DNA from: an uncultured Nitrososphaerales archaeon
Lineage (GTDB): Archaea; Thermoproteota; Nitrososphaeria; Nitrososphaerales; Nitrososphaeraceae
NCBI GenBank assembly: GCA_963713605.1
Contig: CAVQMO010000012.1
Coordinates: 96,001-160,000 of the forward strand
Reading direction: 5' to 3'
Length of the DNA: 64,000 nt
In this document: one piece after another, positions 44,053 through 56,421 of the stretch
How positions within the stretch are numbered: the stretch's first letter is position 1
Layout of the letters: each line of letters begins with the position of its first letter
The notes under the pieces: generated by a model
What the model was told of the DNA's origin: nothing
The model's input: only the letters and a program-made list of their open reading frames with translations
Database searches by the model: none
Position numbers and translations under genes: made by a program

Positions 44053-44271
44053 ATGAGCGATAATTCTGAAGAACTGGTAACAATTGACGGCCTACAATTC
44101 AAAAAGTATCAGATAGATTGTATGCAAATACTTACTAAGGCGCAAAAATATGGTGACGTTAAAAAATTCATAGAAGGTAGTGTTTTACTAAATATTAGAG
44201 CACAGCTAGAATCATCGGAGGCGAACTACGCAACGCCAATTCTAGATAGATTAAAAGAAGATGGATTTTAA
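44053..44271 (+). CDS. Hypothetical protein
   Basis: 72 aa ORF with GAGGAG just upstream. Confidence 0.5.
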   Translation: MSDNSEELVTIDGLQFKKYQIDCMQILTKAQKYGDVKKFIEGSVLLNIRAQLESSEANYATPILDRLKEDGF

Positions 44272-44275
44272 TTTT

Positions 44276-44690
44276 TTAGTTAGTCCTATCTTTCCCTCTG
44301 CCTTCTTGCAGCATTGTAATAAACTTCTCTGGTTCTGATAGTAAGGCGTGCCATTCGTCTTTCATATCTTTAATATCTTTCTTTAACATCACAATTTCTT
44401 GATCCTTCTCTTTCATTGCAACCTCTATATTTTTGGACCTGGCGTCCAGTGATGAGTAACCTACGTACTGTAAGGCTGGGCATGCATTTGGTTGTGTTAA
44501 TTTCGCGCCGCTCATTCTCAGTGTGCGTCCAGTAAACGGAATGGTTGTATCCGAGGTACCAGTTTGCGAACTCACTATTGGTCTGTTCATTTGCCATAAA
44601 AATTAGTTTCTTGTAAATTCCTATAGGCTCACACGGGAATGGCTTACTTCGTCTTTGCGTCACCCATAATCGGGTTTCCTGAATACATTT
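44276..44690 (-). pseudogene. Tyrosine integrase C-terminal remnant
   Basis: SEFANWYLGYNHSVYW...ERREI..KCMPSLT/YSSLDARSKNIE..MKEKDQE resembles an integrase (H)-box/Tyr region plus coiled-coil tail. Confidence 0.6.
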
Positions 44691-44886
44691 GGTGAAGTAG
44701 TGGAACGTGAAACCGCATGGTCCTCTCTAAGGTAAGACTACGTTGATTTGGTTCTAACACAAGCAAAATGATCCTATCTTTCTATAATGATCTGAATTAG
44801 GTTTTTTTACACATTAATCCACGATAGTATTTTGGAAATTCAAGTAAAAATAAAGGGGGGATGCTTCAGTATTTCAGCGAATCCTA

Positions 44887-45144
44887 TTACTTCACAGTAA
44901 GACCGATCTCTGGAAATGTTTGATCTGCTGCTAATGATACTGCATTCTCGTCGCCTTGAATCTGTGAAGCAATGTTCTGACATCCGACGTTGAGAGGTAG
45001 TTCACCATTTCCACAGGCGTTTGCCTGAGATAATGCTTGGTTCTTGTGGTATTTGGTTGCAAAAGCGCTGTCAGTTGTTATTGCTGTTGCACCTACTAAC
45101 GCTGCTGCAAGTACCGCCACAATTGCGATATATTTGAGGTTCAT
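44887..45144 (-). CDS. Small secreted protein (NQxxxQxNxCGNG family)
   Basis: Signal peptide ending SAFA; NQALSQANACGNGELPLNVGCQN. Confidence 0.8.
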   Translation of the reverse strand: MNLKYIAIVAVLAAALVGATAITTDSAFATKYHKNQALSQANACGNGELPLNVGCQNIASQIQGDENAVSLAADQTFPEIGLTVK

Positions 45145-45469
45145 GTTTCTGGGAAGTAGTGAACATGCTATACTTATGTCAATTAAGCAAGTTCAGGCGA
45201 TTACTTAAATCTGATATATATTCTATTAGAACGAAATCAAGACAACCGTTCTCATATAGTAATATCAGATATTGCCCGTCACCAGATGTTAACAAGAACA
45301 TAGAGACGCCACTTCCAACTTTGGTGTTGTCTGATGATGGAGTCCTATAACACCTTTATTGGCGAGCACTTGCAATTAATCAAAATAACAACTATAATCC
45401 TTACGGACCTCTCTATTCCACTTCTACAACGGGTTATCCTTATGCCCCTCAGTCAGCGTCAAGCGGAGG

Positions 45470-45615
45470 TTGAGCCATTCATATCCAGATATAAGTATAC
45501 GGGACCTCCACCCTCCTTAGCCTGTGAACAGGTCTCTTCTAGAAACTTCAGAGTTCTTCCACCTGACCAGCATAGATTCGACGATGATAGGGACCGCATT
45601 GGGTGTGAAGCATGA
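45470..45615 (+). pseudogene. Excalibur-like Ca-binding C-terminal fragment
   Basis: PPPSLACEQVSSRNFRVLPPDQHRFDDDRDRIGCE. Confidence 0.55.
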
Positions 45616-45826
45616 ATGAAGGGTGGCATATCTCAACTAGAACAAGAATATTTCTAGCCACTCTAATAATAGGCGACAAGGTGCCAGGTTTCGTAACTAG
45701 GTCAAGGATTGCGTTGCCGAGTGCGTCTTTGCGTATTTTCTTAAATCTGCCATGAAAATCCTGAATCCCAAGAACTAGATTTATACTTTGAATGACCGCC
45801 ACGCTATTAAAAAGATAACATAAGAA

Positions 45827-46117
45827 ATGCAACAGCGCGACAAGTACGATATAGTCAAAGACATCCTCGAGATAGTCTATGATACTGAGCCTCTTTATCG
45901 TAATCAGATGAATCAGACGAGGATAGGTTATAAAGCAAACTTGACGCATCCGCAAACCGTCAAGTATCTAAGAAAGTTAGTAGACTTAGGACTGCTCGTT
46001 TCGACGGATATCAAACCCTTTTCTTACTACGAAATCACTAAGAAGGGACGGCGATGTCTGCAGTTATTCGGCGAGCTAGAGGACGATTTAAGACCAGTCT
46101 TTTCCGCGGAGGGCTAA
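45827..46117 (+). CDS. Archaeal winged-HTH transcriptional regulator
   Basis: RDKYDIVKDILE...TRIGYKANL...YLRKLVDLGLL...YEITKKG. Confidence 0.88.
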   Translation: MQQRDKYDIVKDILEIVYDTEPLYRNQMNQTRIGYKANLTHPQTVKYLRKLVDLGLLVSTDIKPFSYYEITKKGRRCLQLFGELEDDLRPVFSAEG

Positions 46118-46831
46118 AAAAAGATTATTGTTAGGAAATTATGCCAATAATGCATATTATTAGTCATTAGTTTCAGTTTAAACCTATGGAGAAAACCATT
46201 CACGTTAACAGTTGTGATATTTTTACGATTGTTATAATTTTGACGTCCTTAGGACCTAAAGTCAAAGATCAACCTCGAGTTAGAGGGTAACGCTAACCAT
46301 TCCAACTCCTTTAATAGAGATTCATATTTATTCCAAAATGGCAAAAGAATAAAGTTGTCTATTTGTTTGCATGAGATATCCGATTCAATCATGATCAGTT
46401 ATGAAATAGATTCAATTTAAGGATTTATGTCTTTTTAACAATTAGATCGGATAGTAATTTGCGTCTTGTGTAATACACCAAGATATCTTTTGTCTGGCCA
46501 TTCAATAAGTTCACATTTACTACACATTGTGAAACTTCACAAAATGCCTTTACTTATATATGCTTGTGTTAGCTTCATCATTTCTAAATGTTCTTTGTTA
46601 AACATTACAGGAACAATCAAAGGACTGCGACATTCTGTATATTTGAATTTATTAAGTAATACTAGTAATAGCGCAAGAACTACGTGATAAAAATACCGAT
46701 ATTAGTAAAGGTCACACGTTGTTAGTTGATGGAGGCCTAGTCAGCCGATGAGAATCTGAACTAAATGTATTTTTGCCGGTATGTATTTAGTGGCTAACAC
46801 TTTTGAGTTTTCAATGGACTCAATACAAAAA

Positions 46832-48508
46832 TTATCCCAGAAAATCGTCATCAAGCAGAATTCTATTTCTGGAATAATCAACGTCCGCAGAAATTACAAC
46901 AGGAATATCTTTTGACCTTCTGGCTTTTTTTAAACAATCTGAAAATTCATTTACTGATTTTACAGCATAACCTATTGCTCCAAAACTGCTTGCCAACTTT
47001 ACAAAGTCAGGATTGTTAAACTCTGTAAAGGCCTTCTTTCCAAATTCCTCAATTTGCTTTAAAGAAATCACCCCGAATTCCCTATCACACCAGATCACAA
47101 TTATTATAGGCAATCTGAGGCGAACAGCTGTTTCAAGCTCTTGAACATTCATTAGAAAACCTCCGTCACCACACATAGCAACAACTTTTCTCTTAGGAAA
47201 AGCAAGCTGTGCTGCAATCGCACCAGGAAGTGCAAAACCCATCGACGCAAATCCATTTGATATAATACAAGTATTTGGATGGTATGTACTGTAGATTTTC
47301 GCTATCCATAATTTGTGAGCACCTACGTCTGAAATAAGTATATCCCGATCATCTAGGGCTCTTCTAACATCTGCAATCAATCTCTCAGGCTTGATAGGAT
47401 ACCCAAGATCATCGGCATGCCTCTGAACTCTCTCATCTATCTCTTTTCTAATTCTCTTAAAAGTCTCTGGAACTTCATTACGCACAAAGTAATTTACAGT
47501 GGAATTTTTAAATCTTCTTTCTCTCCTCAAACCAGTTAACATAGCATTTATTGCTAATCCTATATCTGCTGCAATCTCAATATCAGGCGGATAATACGTA
47601 TCTACCTCTGCCGGTGTAAAGTCTATGTGGATAATCTTTTTACTAAGATCGTCATTCCAGAATCTTGGACTGTATTCTACCAGGTCATAACCTATTGCAA
47701 TGACCAAGTCCGCTTCCTTCATCGCTATCAATGCATGATCTGCATCTTTGATACCAATAGTCCGAAGATGTCTTTCCCATCTATCCGAGATCACGCCCTT
47801 CGCCATAAATGTATTCACAGAGGATATTCCAGTTTTTTCAACAAACTTCCTAACATGAAAGCTTGCTTTTCCTCTAATGCAACCATTTCCCACTAAGACA
47901 AGCGGTTTTTCAGCTTGAAGAATTAGTTTTACTGCCTTCACTATTAGACGTCTGTTTGGATGCGAACGTAGTAGGACATCTTCCTCTTGTTTTTCAATGG
48001 GCTTTATTCTAGATTGCTGCTTTGCTACATCCTGTGGTAATTCGATGTGTGTCGCTCCCGCCTTTTCCTCCTTTGCTATTTTAAATGCTCGCCTAACAAT
48101 CTCTGGAATATTATCTCCATTACGAATTGATTGATTCCATTTTGTTATCGGTTTGAACATAGTTATCACATCCATATTCTGATGTGACTCTTTGTGTAAC
48201 ATATTAGAATCAATTTGTCCAGTGATCGCCAATACTCTCGATCTATCCATGTTAGCACTTGCTATTCCAGTTGTCAGATTAGTAGCTCCTGGACCTAGCG
48301 TGGCTAGACAGACGCCAACTCGACCTGTCAATCTGCCGTAAACGTCTGCCATGAAGGCAGCCGACTGTTCATGTCTTGTCAGAATGAATTTCGCAGTTGA
48401 ATTTAGTAAAGATATCATAATATCGGCAGTTTCTTCACCAGGTAAACCAAAGACGTAATTGACCCCCTCGGCTTCAAGGCACTTAATTAACAAATCGGAT
48501 GTTTTCAT
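46832..48508 (-). CDS. Acetolactate synthase large subunit-like ThDP enzyme
   Basis: FGLPGEE, TRHEQSAAFMA, TLGPGATN, GDGGFLMNVQELETA. Confidence 0.93.
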   Translation of the reverse strand: MKTSDLLIKCLEAEGVNYVFGLPGEETADIMISLLNSTAKFILTRHEQSAAFMADVYGRLTGRVGVCLATLGPGATNLTTGIASANMDRSRVLAITGQIDSNMLHKESHQNMDVITMFKPITKWNQSIRNGDNIPEIVRRAFKIAKEEKAGATHIELPQDVAKQQSRIKPIEKQEEDVLLRSHPNRRLIVKAVKLILQAEKPLVLVGNGCIRGKASFHVRKFVEKTGISSVNTFMAKGVISDRWERHLRTIGIKDADHALIAMKEADLVIAIGYDLVEYSPRFWNDDLSKKIIHIDFTPAEVDTYYPPDIEIAADIGLAINAMLTGLRRERRFKNSTVNYFVRNEVPETFKRIRKEIDERVQRHADDLGYPIKPERLIADVRRALDDRDILISDVGAHKLWIAKIYSTYHPNTCIISNGFASMGFALPGAIAAQLAFPKRKVVAMCGDGGFLMNVQELETAVRLRLPIIIVIWCDREFGVISLKQIEEFGKKAFTEFNNPDFVKLASSFGAIGYAVKSVNEFSDCLKKARRSKDIPVVISADVDYSRNRILLDDDFLG

Positions 48509-48849
48509 AACCTATTTATCAATTATGTTAGTAGCCTGTATACCTTAAGTTAGTTGTGTGTTATACGGGTGGTTGCAATTACATGATACTGTTGAGTAAC
48601 TATACACTAAGTACGACGCTTCAAAATGGGACTTTAACGGTCAGAAGGGAAAGGGAAAATCCCAGACAGACTATGCAGGTGGTAGGAATCACATGACTAG
48701 ATTCATTTACGTGCTGAGTAGTCTAGAGACAAGAAGACAGTATTCTCGACCTAGACCAGAAGGGTTAGGAGTCTGATTTAGTAGATTCTGACAATAAAAA
48801 AATGGGCTTAGTCTCTAGCCCCCCTATTCTGAATCCTCATTATAATTAT

Positions 48850-49494
48850 CTAATTGTCATTACTGCTAATTGTCTCCACCGTTACCATCGCCATCCCATC
48901 ATCACCAACAGAATTGTCGCCTATTTCTTCACTGCTGGGATCCTCGTTATCCGGGTTCTCCGGCGAGTCTTCGTCCCCCGTACTCCCTTGCTGATCTTGT
49001 TCTGGGTCTTGTGCCTAGACCGGTTCAGGTGGTGAAGGATCTCCGGGTCTGCAGCAACACAATATGCAGACTGCTTCCATGGGCCTGGCGGTGTCACAGG
49101 TGTAGTTGCATCCTGTAATTATAGTTGCCGAGTTGGGGTAGTGGAGATGGGGGGATTGTTGCATTCTGCTTTGTTTGGTTCTAGTGTTCCATCTGGACAT
49201 GTGACGGGTACGCCTACAACGACACACTCCCCAGTTTGTGTGAATATCACTACTTATTGGGAGGACATCCTGTATTCAATGGCGTTTCACATTTTCTGAC
49301 TACGTCGTCGACCGTCCCGTCTGGACATGTCACAGTTAGACCGCCAGACCTAGGGGTATCACCTCTCTGCTAATCTCTATAGAGGGAGGAACATTGTCAA
49401 TCTCCCTTCCGGGGTCAGGAGATGCAAAGACAGTGTATGGCATTCCTGATGTCAGAAGTACCATAGATGGTATTAGCCAAACCAATAATCTCAT
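48850..49494 (-). pseudogene. Secreted Cys/Pro-rich protein with VTCPDGT repeats and acidic tail, multiply frameshifted
   Basis: Signal-like MRLLVWLIP..TVFA; VTCPDGT twice; QDPEQDQQGSTGDEDSPENPDNED tail. Confidence 0.5.
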
Positions 49495-51138
49495 CAAACC
49501 GAGCTGCTTAACCTCCAACCCCTTCGCATTAAGAGTCGCGTAAACTGAGTCCAGTATAATTCCTACTCTATTGCGTTCCTTCCTCCCTGCCATGAAACTA
49601 TGGAATACGTGTCAACATTTAAAGTTTGGATGACAGACAGGGCAGTTGTAAGGTATGACATCAAACTTTGAATAATTTCCTCAGGGTTGGTTGTTGATAC
49701 GCTCTAGCTCCCGGTATGGAAACTATTTAATAGTATGCCAAGTATTTACTACTGGCAGTGGGGAGCATTTAAATCGCTCTTAAAGAATCTCACTGCCGAC
49801 TGTATGGTAGACGACCAATGCGTCTGACATGCCAAGTTATTCACTTGGTCGCTATGTAATCCATATTCATTAGATAAAACAGTATCAGCATACAATGACC
49901 CGCCTTTGATTCATGTTTTCTTCCTACCGCTGAAAACATGAGAGTCATTGAGCTACGGGGAATGAACCTCCAGCTAAAGACTTCTCACTAAGCAGTGGAA
50001 CTAATACAAGCCAAGTTGATACACGTCAGAAGAGAGCACCACCAGCAATTGAGGACTTCTCACTACGACAGATTATTCCAGCTGAACTGCCTTTTCTAGT
50101 CTATATATACGTCTAGTAAGAATGGTGGCATAAAGCCCACTCTCTTTTATTTTCTAAACTAAGCCTGTCAGGATCACTAATGTCGCTTTCCTTGAGGAAA
50201 CGGTTGCAAAGATTAATTTTTTTCGAGAGCTACTTACATTTTGTTTGGGTCTCCATGAGACTCTTCAAGTTCGAGATTCAGTTTTTCATCTTTCATTTTC
50301 AACTCATCCATCAATTTGCGCATGTATCGACTATTCTAGGTCGGAGACGTATGTATTAATCTTCACAATGATTATTGTATGATTGATAGGTTAAATAATG
50401 GCAATGATAGTAACTTTTTTTACTTAATTAGTACCAATCTAATAAACCAGTGAGACTCGAAACATGTCTTATCCTAATAAAGGTGTGAGTACTAATTGCG
50501 CATAAAGAGAAATAGTAATTAAGTAAAGTGTTTCTTGTTCAGATTTTACATTCAAAAAATAAAGAACATAATACTTTTCCTGTGTTCTCAAAGCCCATCA
50601 TTCATTTTTTCCTTCTCATTTTCTAACTTATTTGAAGGAAAATAATGGTGTAGATCCATCCATTCTTCTTCGGCCATCCAATAGCTACAAAACCATTTCT
50701 TTAATTTCTGATTATATTCTCCATGTTCGGGCAAAATTAACTACAAACTTGTCACAGATTAAAGGTGCTATAATACTTTTGGTTGATAATTCAATTCCAA
50801 GATTCTGATTCTGATTCTGATGGCAACGGAATCTTTTTTAAAATAGGAAATTCTGAAGGGAATTTTAGCCTTGCGTAGGGCACAGTACCTAAATGTTAGG
50901 GAATTCTGACTAGATATGGAATGGTGATAGATTAAGTATCATGCTGTATCACAACATCCACTGGGCTAATTTTAGGTACCTATCTATCATGACATCACCA
51001 GTGCAACTTCAAGCACATTAAATATTTTTCAGCCAGAAAGTAAATCTTATGGTTTAACATAAGCCGAAAATCCTAAAAACCTCTGGAAATGGGCGATGGA
51101 AATACCTGCCGATGAGAATCCTGTTAATGACTATCTCT

Positions 51139-51739
51139 TCATTTCATTCTTGACCGTGCGTTTCTGCCTCTTTTGAATTTGGTACTCTTAAATGACTTGC
51201 TTTTTTTAGATTTAGGTTTAACAGTAGCCGTAACTGAAGATGATAATTTTCTAAATTTTGTCCTTGGTCTTGTTTTTGTCCTTGCTATAGAAGCTTGCCC
51301 TTATCCTTTGAATATCATTTTGGATTCGCGCCATTTGTTTTTGCAGCAGACTGACTTGAGATTTTATCTGCTTTATAGATTGGAATTGTGACTGGCCTGT
51401 TCCTGTTGTCGACTTGGTCTGCTTCTGCCTTTGTAAAGATTGAATCATCATTGTTACTTTATTAATCTGATTTCCCTGCTTCTCTACTTGCTTTGATATG
51501 TTTGATAAATAAGAAGTTATTCTCCTCTTCTGTTTGCTTTTGCCAATTTTGGATTCCTCTTGTGCCTGCTCTATTTGTTTGTTCTGTTCTTGCACTTCGT
51601 GTTCTGCTGGAGGTGCTTCTACTGTCGAAAGCTGTTCATCTGTCACATCAATTGAAGTAGTAGGTCCTACTTCACTTTCCTCTAACGGTTTATCCATCTC
51701 TTCAGTCATAATAGATCCTTCATCTCTTTCCTCCCGCAT
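51139..51739 (-). CDS. Paralog of 41240..41827, frameshift near 51293
   Basis: ITSYLSNISKQVEKQGNQI; shifted frame gives TKFRKLSSSVTATVKPKSKK, matching the paralog tail. Confidence 0.75.
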
Positions 51740-52189
51740 GGGCTGTTCTTCGTCTCCATCTTATTTATCTTAGATATAAATGAACTTTACCCTGAACAAT
51801 GCCTGCAATTTAAGATCATACAGCCAATTGATTAGTTTCTACCTCCAACAATAACTAACATGCCAAAAAGTAGTACATTTTTCATTTTTTTTCTAACCAC
51901 CAATAAATTGTGCACGCCTTAGATTATCGAAATTAGAGGCCGTCAGGTTAAGGATGCCCACCTGCTTACCTCGGTGTCAGGAAGGTCAACCATAACGGAC
52001 CACGTGGAAGAAAACCTGTAAATGTCTTATGTGTGGAATGAAAACATCCGGTAACCTTTACCAGGCTGAGGTTCTGATCCACCATGCTATTCTAGAGAAA
52101 TCTTACGGTAAAATATTATTATGCAATGCGAGCACAGCGTTGCGCTCTACCGACTAGTTTAAAGGTCGATTTACAGTACCATTTTTAAA

Positions 52190-52885
52190 ATGGGTAACAA
52201 GACGTGGGTTTGTGCATTATGCTCACAGGACTTTACGAGAAAATATAGTGCTTACCGACACAGTCGGGATCTTCATCGTGGTCAAGGTAAAATAGTTCGA
52301 ATGATCGATTATGTGATTGGGCGAATTGCAGGATAGTATTATCCAGGCAACCCGTTAACCTATAGGTCGAGTTACAAGCAGCATGATCCAACTTACCCTA
52401 AAGGATTCAATTTCCCTTCTGCATCCATAGCACACGACAGCTCTCAAGGAAACTCCTCAAATACGGTTCCGCATAACAAAGAACATGTACCTGATCAACA
52501 ACCAAATACTAATTCAGTTCAGTCTTCCACCAATCCCATCTGTGGATTTACATCAAAGTTGGACGATATCCAAAAATTGTCCCGAGCTCTTCTTCTTCCT
52601 CCTCAAACCACTGAGGCGTTGCTCAGGGGCTTATCTTTAACAGTTATTATCAACGGAGGAAATGAAGACATTTTGGACCGCGGTTTAGAAGCGTTGGGAA
52701 ATAATATGAAGGTGACGGAAGCATCTCGCTATTTGTTTGGCGCTCCAACTAAGGAGGCGAATAGGGCTCCATTATATGGCCACCAGGTAAAACATCTACC
52801 TGAATCCTCAAGGACCAAATTAGCAGAAATCGAAAAAATGCTGAAACTAATCTTAGAAATGATGTTGCGGTTTGGGAAGAGATAA
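52190..52885 (+). pseudogene. C2H2 zinc-finger protein with a single in-frame TAG (52334-52336)
   Basis: MGNKTWVCALCSQDFTRKYSAYRHSRDLH...GRIAG*YYPGNP continues in frame into ORF 52559..52885. Confidence 0.75.
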
Positions 52886-53251
52886 AAAGATTGATTGACT
52901 TATGCAACTCTACACGTAACCACATTATTCTTGATCTTGAATTAGAGTCTCTTAGGAGTCTTCAAAAAAATCTCTGACCTCTCTAGCTAGATATCCCTTA
53001 GGATTCATGTCTTTGGCAATTCCAAGTGTACTGCCATAATTCATCATGCAAGTAGAAGTTGTATATGGTAGTCTAAATCACTAATGATATGTTAATATGT
53101 TATCAAGACTGATTTCAAATTAATAAGAGTAGACCTATTTCCAAAACCTAATACCACGAAAAGATGTATAATTGCCATAACTCCTCCAAATGTAACATAA
53201 ACTGTATTTACGACTACTTTATATTGTATATAATCGATTCATGTAATTATA

Positions 53252-53737
53252 ATGAAAATCATATCGATTGCAATTACGCTTATTGTAACTATCGCAGTCA
53301 TTTTATTTGCAGCATCGACGATCGATACCGTCAGCAATGCTGTTCTTGCCCAGAATACCTCTAATTCTTCATCATCATTGACAAAACTTACTGATGGGAG
53401 AAGTATAACTATAAAACTCGAACCGTTCCCTAATCCTATCAAGTCTAATGAACAAACTCAGTTAAAAGTCTCGTTTTTCAAACCTAATACCGAGGAGATT
53501 CAACCGCATATAGACTATGACATGATAATTAGTGAAACAAACACTAATAAGACAATATTTCAGGCTTCTAATCAGACGGGTCAAGCTGGAATACCGTTGC
53601 ATACTGCAGAAAGTATTGTAACAATACCCTTTACCTTTCCTACTAAAGGAGAATATACAATAAAAATACCTATTTATGGAATCCTCTTTAATCCAATAGC
53701 TCCTGAATCAGTAACGTATACGACTCACGTTGAATAA
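53252..53737 (+). CDS. Secreted Ig-like thaumarchaeal protein (HIDY motif)
   Basis: Signal peptide; QPHIDYD, PLHTAES, FTFPTKGEYTI. Confidence 0.75.
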   Translation: MKIISIAITLIVTIAVILFAASTIDTVSNAVLAQNTSNSSSSLTKLTDGRSITIKLEPFPNPIKSNEQTQLKVSFFKPNTEEIQPHIDYDMIISETNTNKTIFQASNQTGQAGIPLHTAESIVTIPFTFPTKGEYTIKIPIYGILFNPIAPESVTYTTHVE

Positions 53738-53939
53738 TATTCAATTTTCAAAATTAGATCTTCCTATTACTCTCAATAGGAACGAAAATGTCAATCTTCG
53801 TTTCTCGCAAGGCCTTAAGTATATTCCATTGCTGGTCCTGAGATAGATAGACAGAATGGATAAATATGGTGCTATAGATGATCATCAGTATATTCAATTC
53901 CACACATATTTTGATATACAACGGGTAAACCGGGTGGAG

Positions 53940-54390
53940 TTCGGCAGAATTCCATTATTCCATAAGGTTTCAAAAACATACCTTTGATGCTCGATTAATT
54001 CTTTTGCATTACTATAGATGATCTGAGCTGCTGGCCAGCTTCATGGAAGGTGGCAGGAGCAAGGTATCCAGTTTCACTGATGTAAAAGTTTCTCTTAATT
54101 CCTTCAAGATGTCGAAGCTCGTCAACCAATGACAACGACATCAACTGCATGCAATAAGAGATGTTATCATTATTAATTTCAGTAGCGTATCTAAGCGTGA
54201 CTCCTCTCCTTCTAGCATCAAGGAATGCTCTCTTCAACATTACAATGTCAATTGCTAATGAAGGTCGAGTGTAGTCAACACAGGCATCGATTTTGCCTTT
54301 AGTTTGGTACAAGAATCGTAATACCGTATTCATTACATTATCAATTCCATAAAAAATCGGTGCTCTCCTTAATCATATTTCTGTCATTCT
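53940..54390 (-). pseudogene. Sensor histidine kinase N-terminal fragment
   Basis: KIDACVDYTRPSLAI...LRYATEI...ELRHLEG; HQRYVFETLWN in a shifted frame; no kinase core. Confidence 0.7.
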
Positions 54391-55172
54391 TATGAGAACT
54401 GGAAAGTGCCAACCTCTAGATTATATATATCATATTGCCGATATAAGGAGATTTGTTCATTTAAAGCCCTGGTTCAAGCCGAGATCTACCATATTGCACA
54501 ACGAGCCTCCTTTCCATTAGAATCTCCCATATAGAGTATTTGAGATTTACGACGCTTAAAATCCACTACTTATTTCAGGGTCTACTCCTTTTTGAGGCTC
54601 TATAATACCCTTTACTATACTAAGATTACAAAAAAGTTGGACCGCCTATAATAAGTAGACACTCATATTAACAATCAACACGAATTCGGGTAAGATCTAT
54701 TTAATAATAGTTATTAATTCCTGATTGTATTTTTAAGAGGAAGCATCACGAATTAGTAATGCTTAATAAGTATGAACAGTTATCCTTCGCTGAATATGTC
54801 AACTGTAGATCATTGTGCATGTAACCATACCGAAGAACAATGCAGAGATAATAACTGTACATGTTGTACGCACTGAGGACTGATTCAAGGGACTGTATCC
54901 ACAATGCTATACTTATCTTTTTTATGATATTCTTATTTTTAATAATAAGTGAAAGGTCTTCCACAGTAAGGATACCAACTTTGACATGTTTTTGCTTTAC
55001 ACATCCAAGTAATGATGTCAGAACCGAAGAGATACCCAACAAATAATTATCAAACGGCATTTGTTACTATAACAGCTTCTATAACCAAATATTAGCGGCT
55101 ACTATCACAGAAATCATAGAGCTTTTTGGTAGTGATGCAGTTTATACTACGACTCATCTAAGAGGGTTAAAT

Positions 55173-55553
55173 TTAAAATAGAATGGGCGTTCCAATAATA
55201 TCAAGTATGTTTTGAATTATTTGAGCATGATCTTTTTCTTTCTTTTCGATTGAAACTCTCAGTATATGATTGTCATCCAAAGGAAATGATGCGAGTTTTA
55301 TCTTCTCTCTTTCGGTAAAACTGTAAATTGCTTTACCGAAGATGTCATCAAAATCTTTTCGCATTTCAGTCATTAGAGCAAACTGAACATACAGTTTCGA
55401 AGAATCATCCCTGCCCTCCAGAGATTCTATATCAGGCCTCATTCCTCCAGCTACCAATCTTCCCATCTTAGTAATTATGCCGGCAAAGCGTATATGTTGA
55501 TTAATTGAGTATATCTTTTCACATAACTCTTGTAACCGCCCATCAGACATCAA
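55173..55553 (-). CDS. DUF6659-like (roadblock-type) thaumarchaeal protein
   Basis: IRFAGIITKMGRLVAGGMR...RKDFDDIFG...REKIKLASFP. Confidence 0.8.
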   Translation of the reverse strand: MMSDGRLQELCEKIYSINQHIRFAGIITKMGRLVAGGMRPDIESLEGRDDSSKLYVQFALMTEMRKDFDDIFGKAIYSFTEREKIKLASFPLDDNHILRVSIEKKEKDHAQIIQNILDIIGTPILF

Positions 55554-56145
55554 TTATCATCGATAAGTATAATGTACACCAGTTTATAAGGTACATTTCT
55601 TACTACACGATAAATATATGCCTATTGCAGTGCATTAAACACATCAAATTCAAGTAATTTCACCTTGATAATATTGCCAAATACTAAGTGTAAGGAGGCG
55701 GTGATGAACCTTCTTCTTGATTCGATTGTTCAAATTCCTTCGTGAACTGGATAAAATAAATGAAATGTCTATATTATCTCCGTTCTATATAGTGGAAACA
55801 AAAATGGTAAAGGGAATAGATCAAGAAAAGATGAAAAGTATGATTTGAAAGAATGGGATTTTCCTCCATCAATACATGAAAATGGTACCCCAATACGTAG
55901 TAAACATGAGATTAAGCTTGGAATGCTTTTAAGGAAATTTGTGATTGAAAAAGACATAGCGGTATAAAGTGGAAGATAGAAATGCCAATTGAAGGTTGAC
56001 TTCTTTGCTTCTGTTCCATGCGTAACATTGGGAGAAAAACACTATTTACAATTATCTAGAGGTTTAGAATCATAATATTAATTCATTATTGATATATATT
56101 GAAAATTAACGTCATTTTCTTGACCGTATTGACTTTTTATAGTAT

Positions 56146-56421
56146 ATGTTCATATTATTAGCTATGATGGGTATAGAGCATGTAATAAGACAAATATCAA
56201 AAGTAAAACAAATTAAGGAAAAAGATGACGGTAAAAAAGACAAGACAAGATCAAAAGAGGATTTAAAAGTGCCTACTGATTTTGAATGTTTTGTTTGCGG
56301 TACTAGATTCATGACAAATGAAGAAAGGAAACATCATCTAGAACAGGGCACACATGGTCATCTATATGATACCACATCACCGCAGGAGCAAGAAGAAGTT
56401 AGATTTGCAGAAGATGAATAA
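56146..56421 (+). CDS. C2H2-type zinc-finger small protein
   Basis: FECFVCGTRFMTNEERKHHLEQGTH. Confidence 0.65.
   Translation: MFILLAMMGIEHVIRQISKVKQIKEKDDGKKDKTRSKEDLKVPTDFECFVCGTRFMTNEERKHHLEQGTHGHLYDTTSPQEQEEVRFAEDE

Noticed and set aside
4268..44285. Recurrent AACTAAC(T/A/C)AAC-like tracts (4268, 5778, 11437, 16183, 44276)
   Set aside because: Short AT-rich motif with no consistent flanks; enrichment cannot be shown by eye
50660..50720. NGFVAIGW fragment resembling a restriction endonuclease N-terminus
   Set aside because: Too short and flanked by stops
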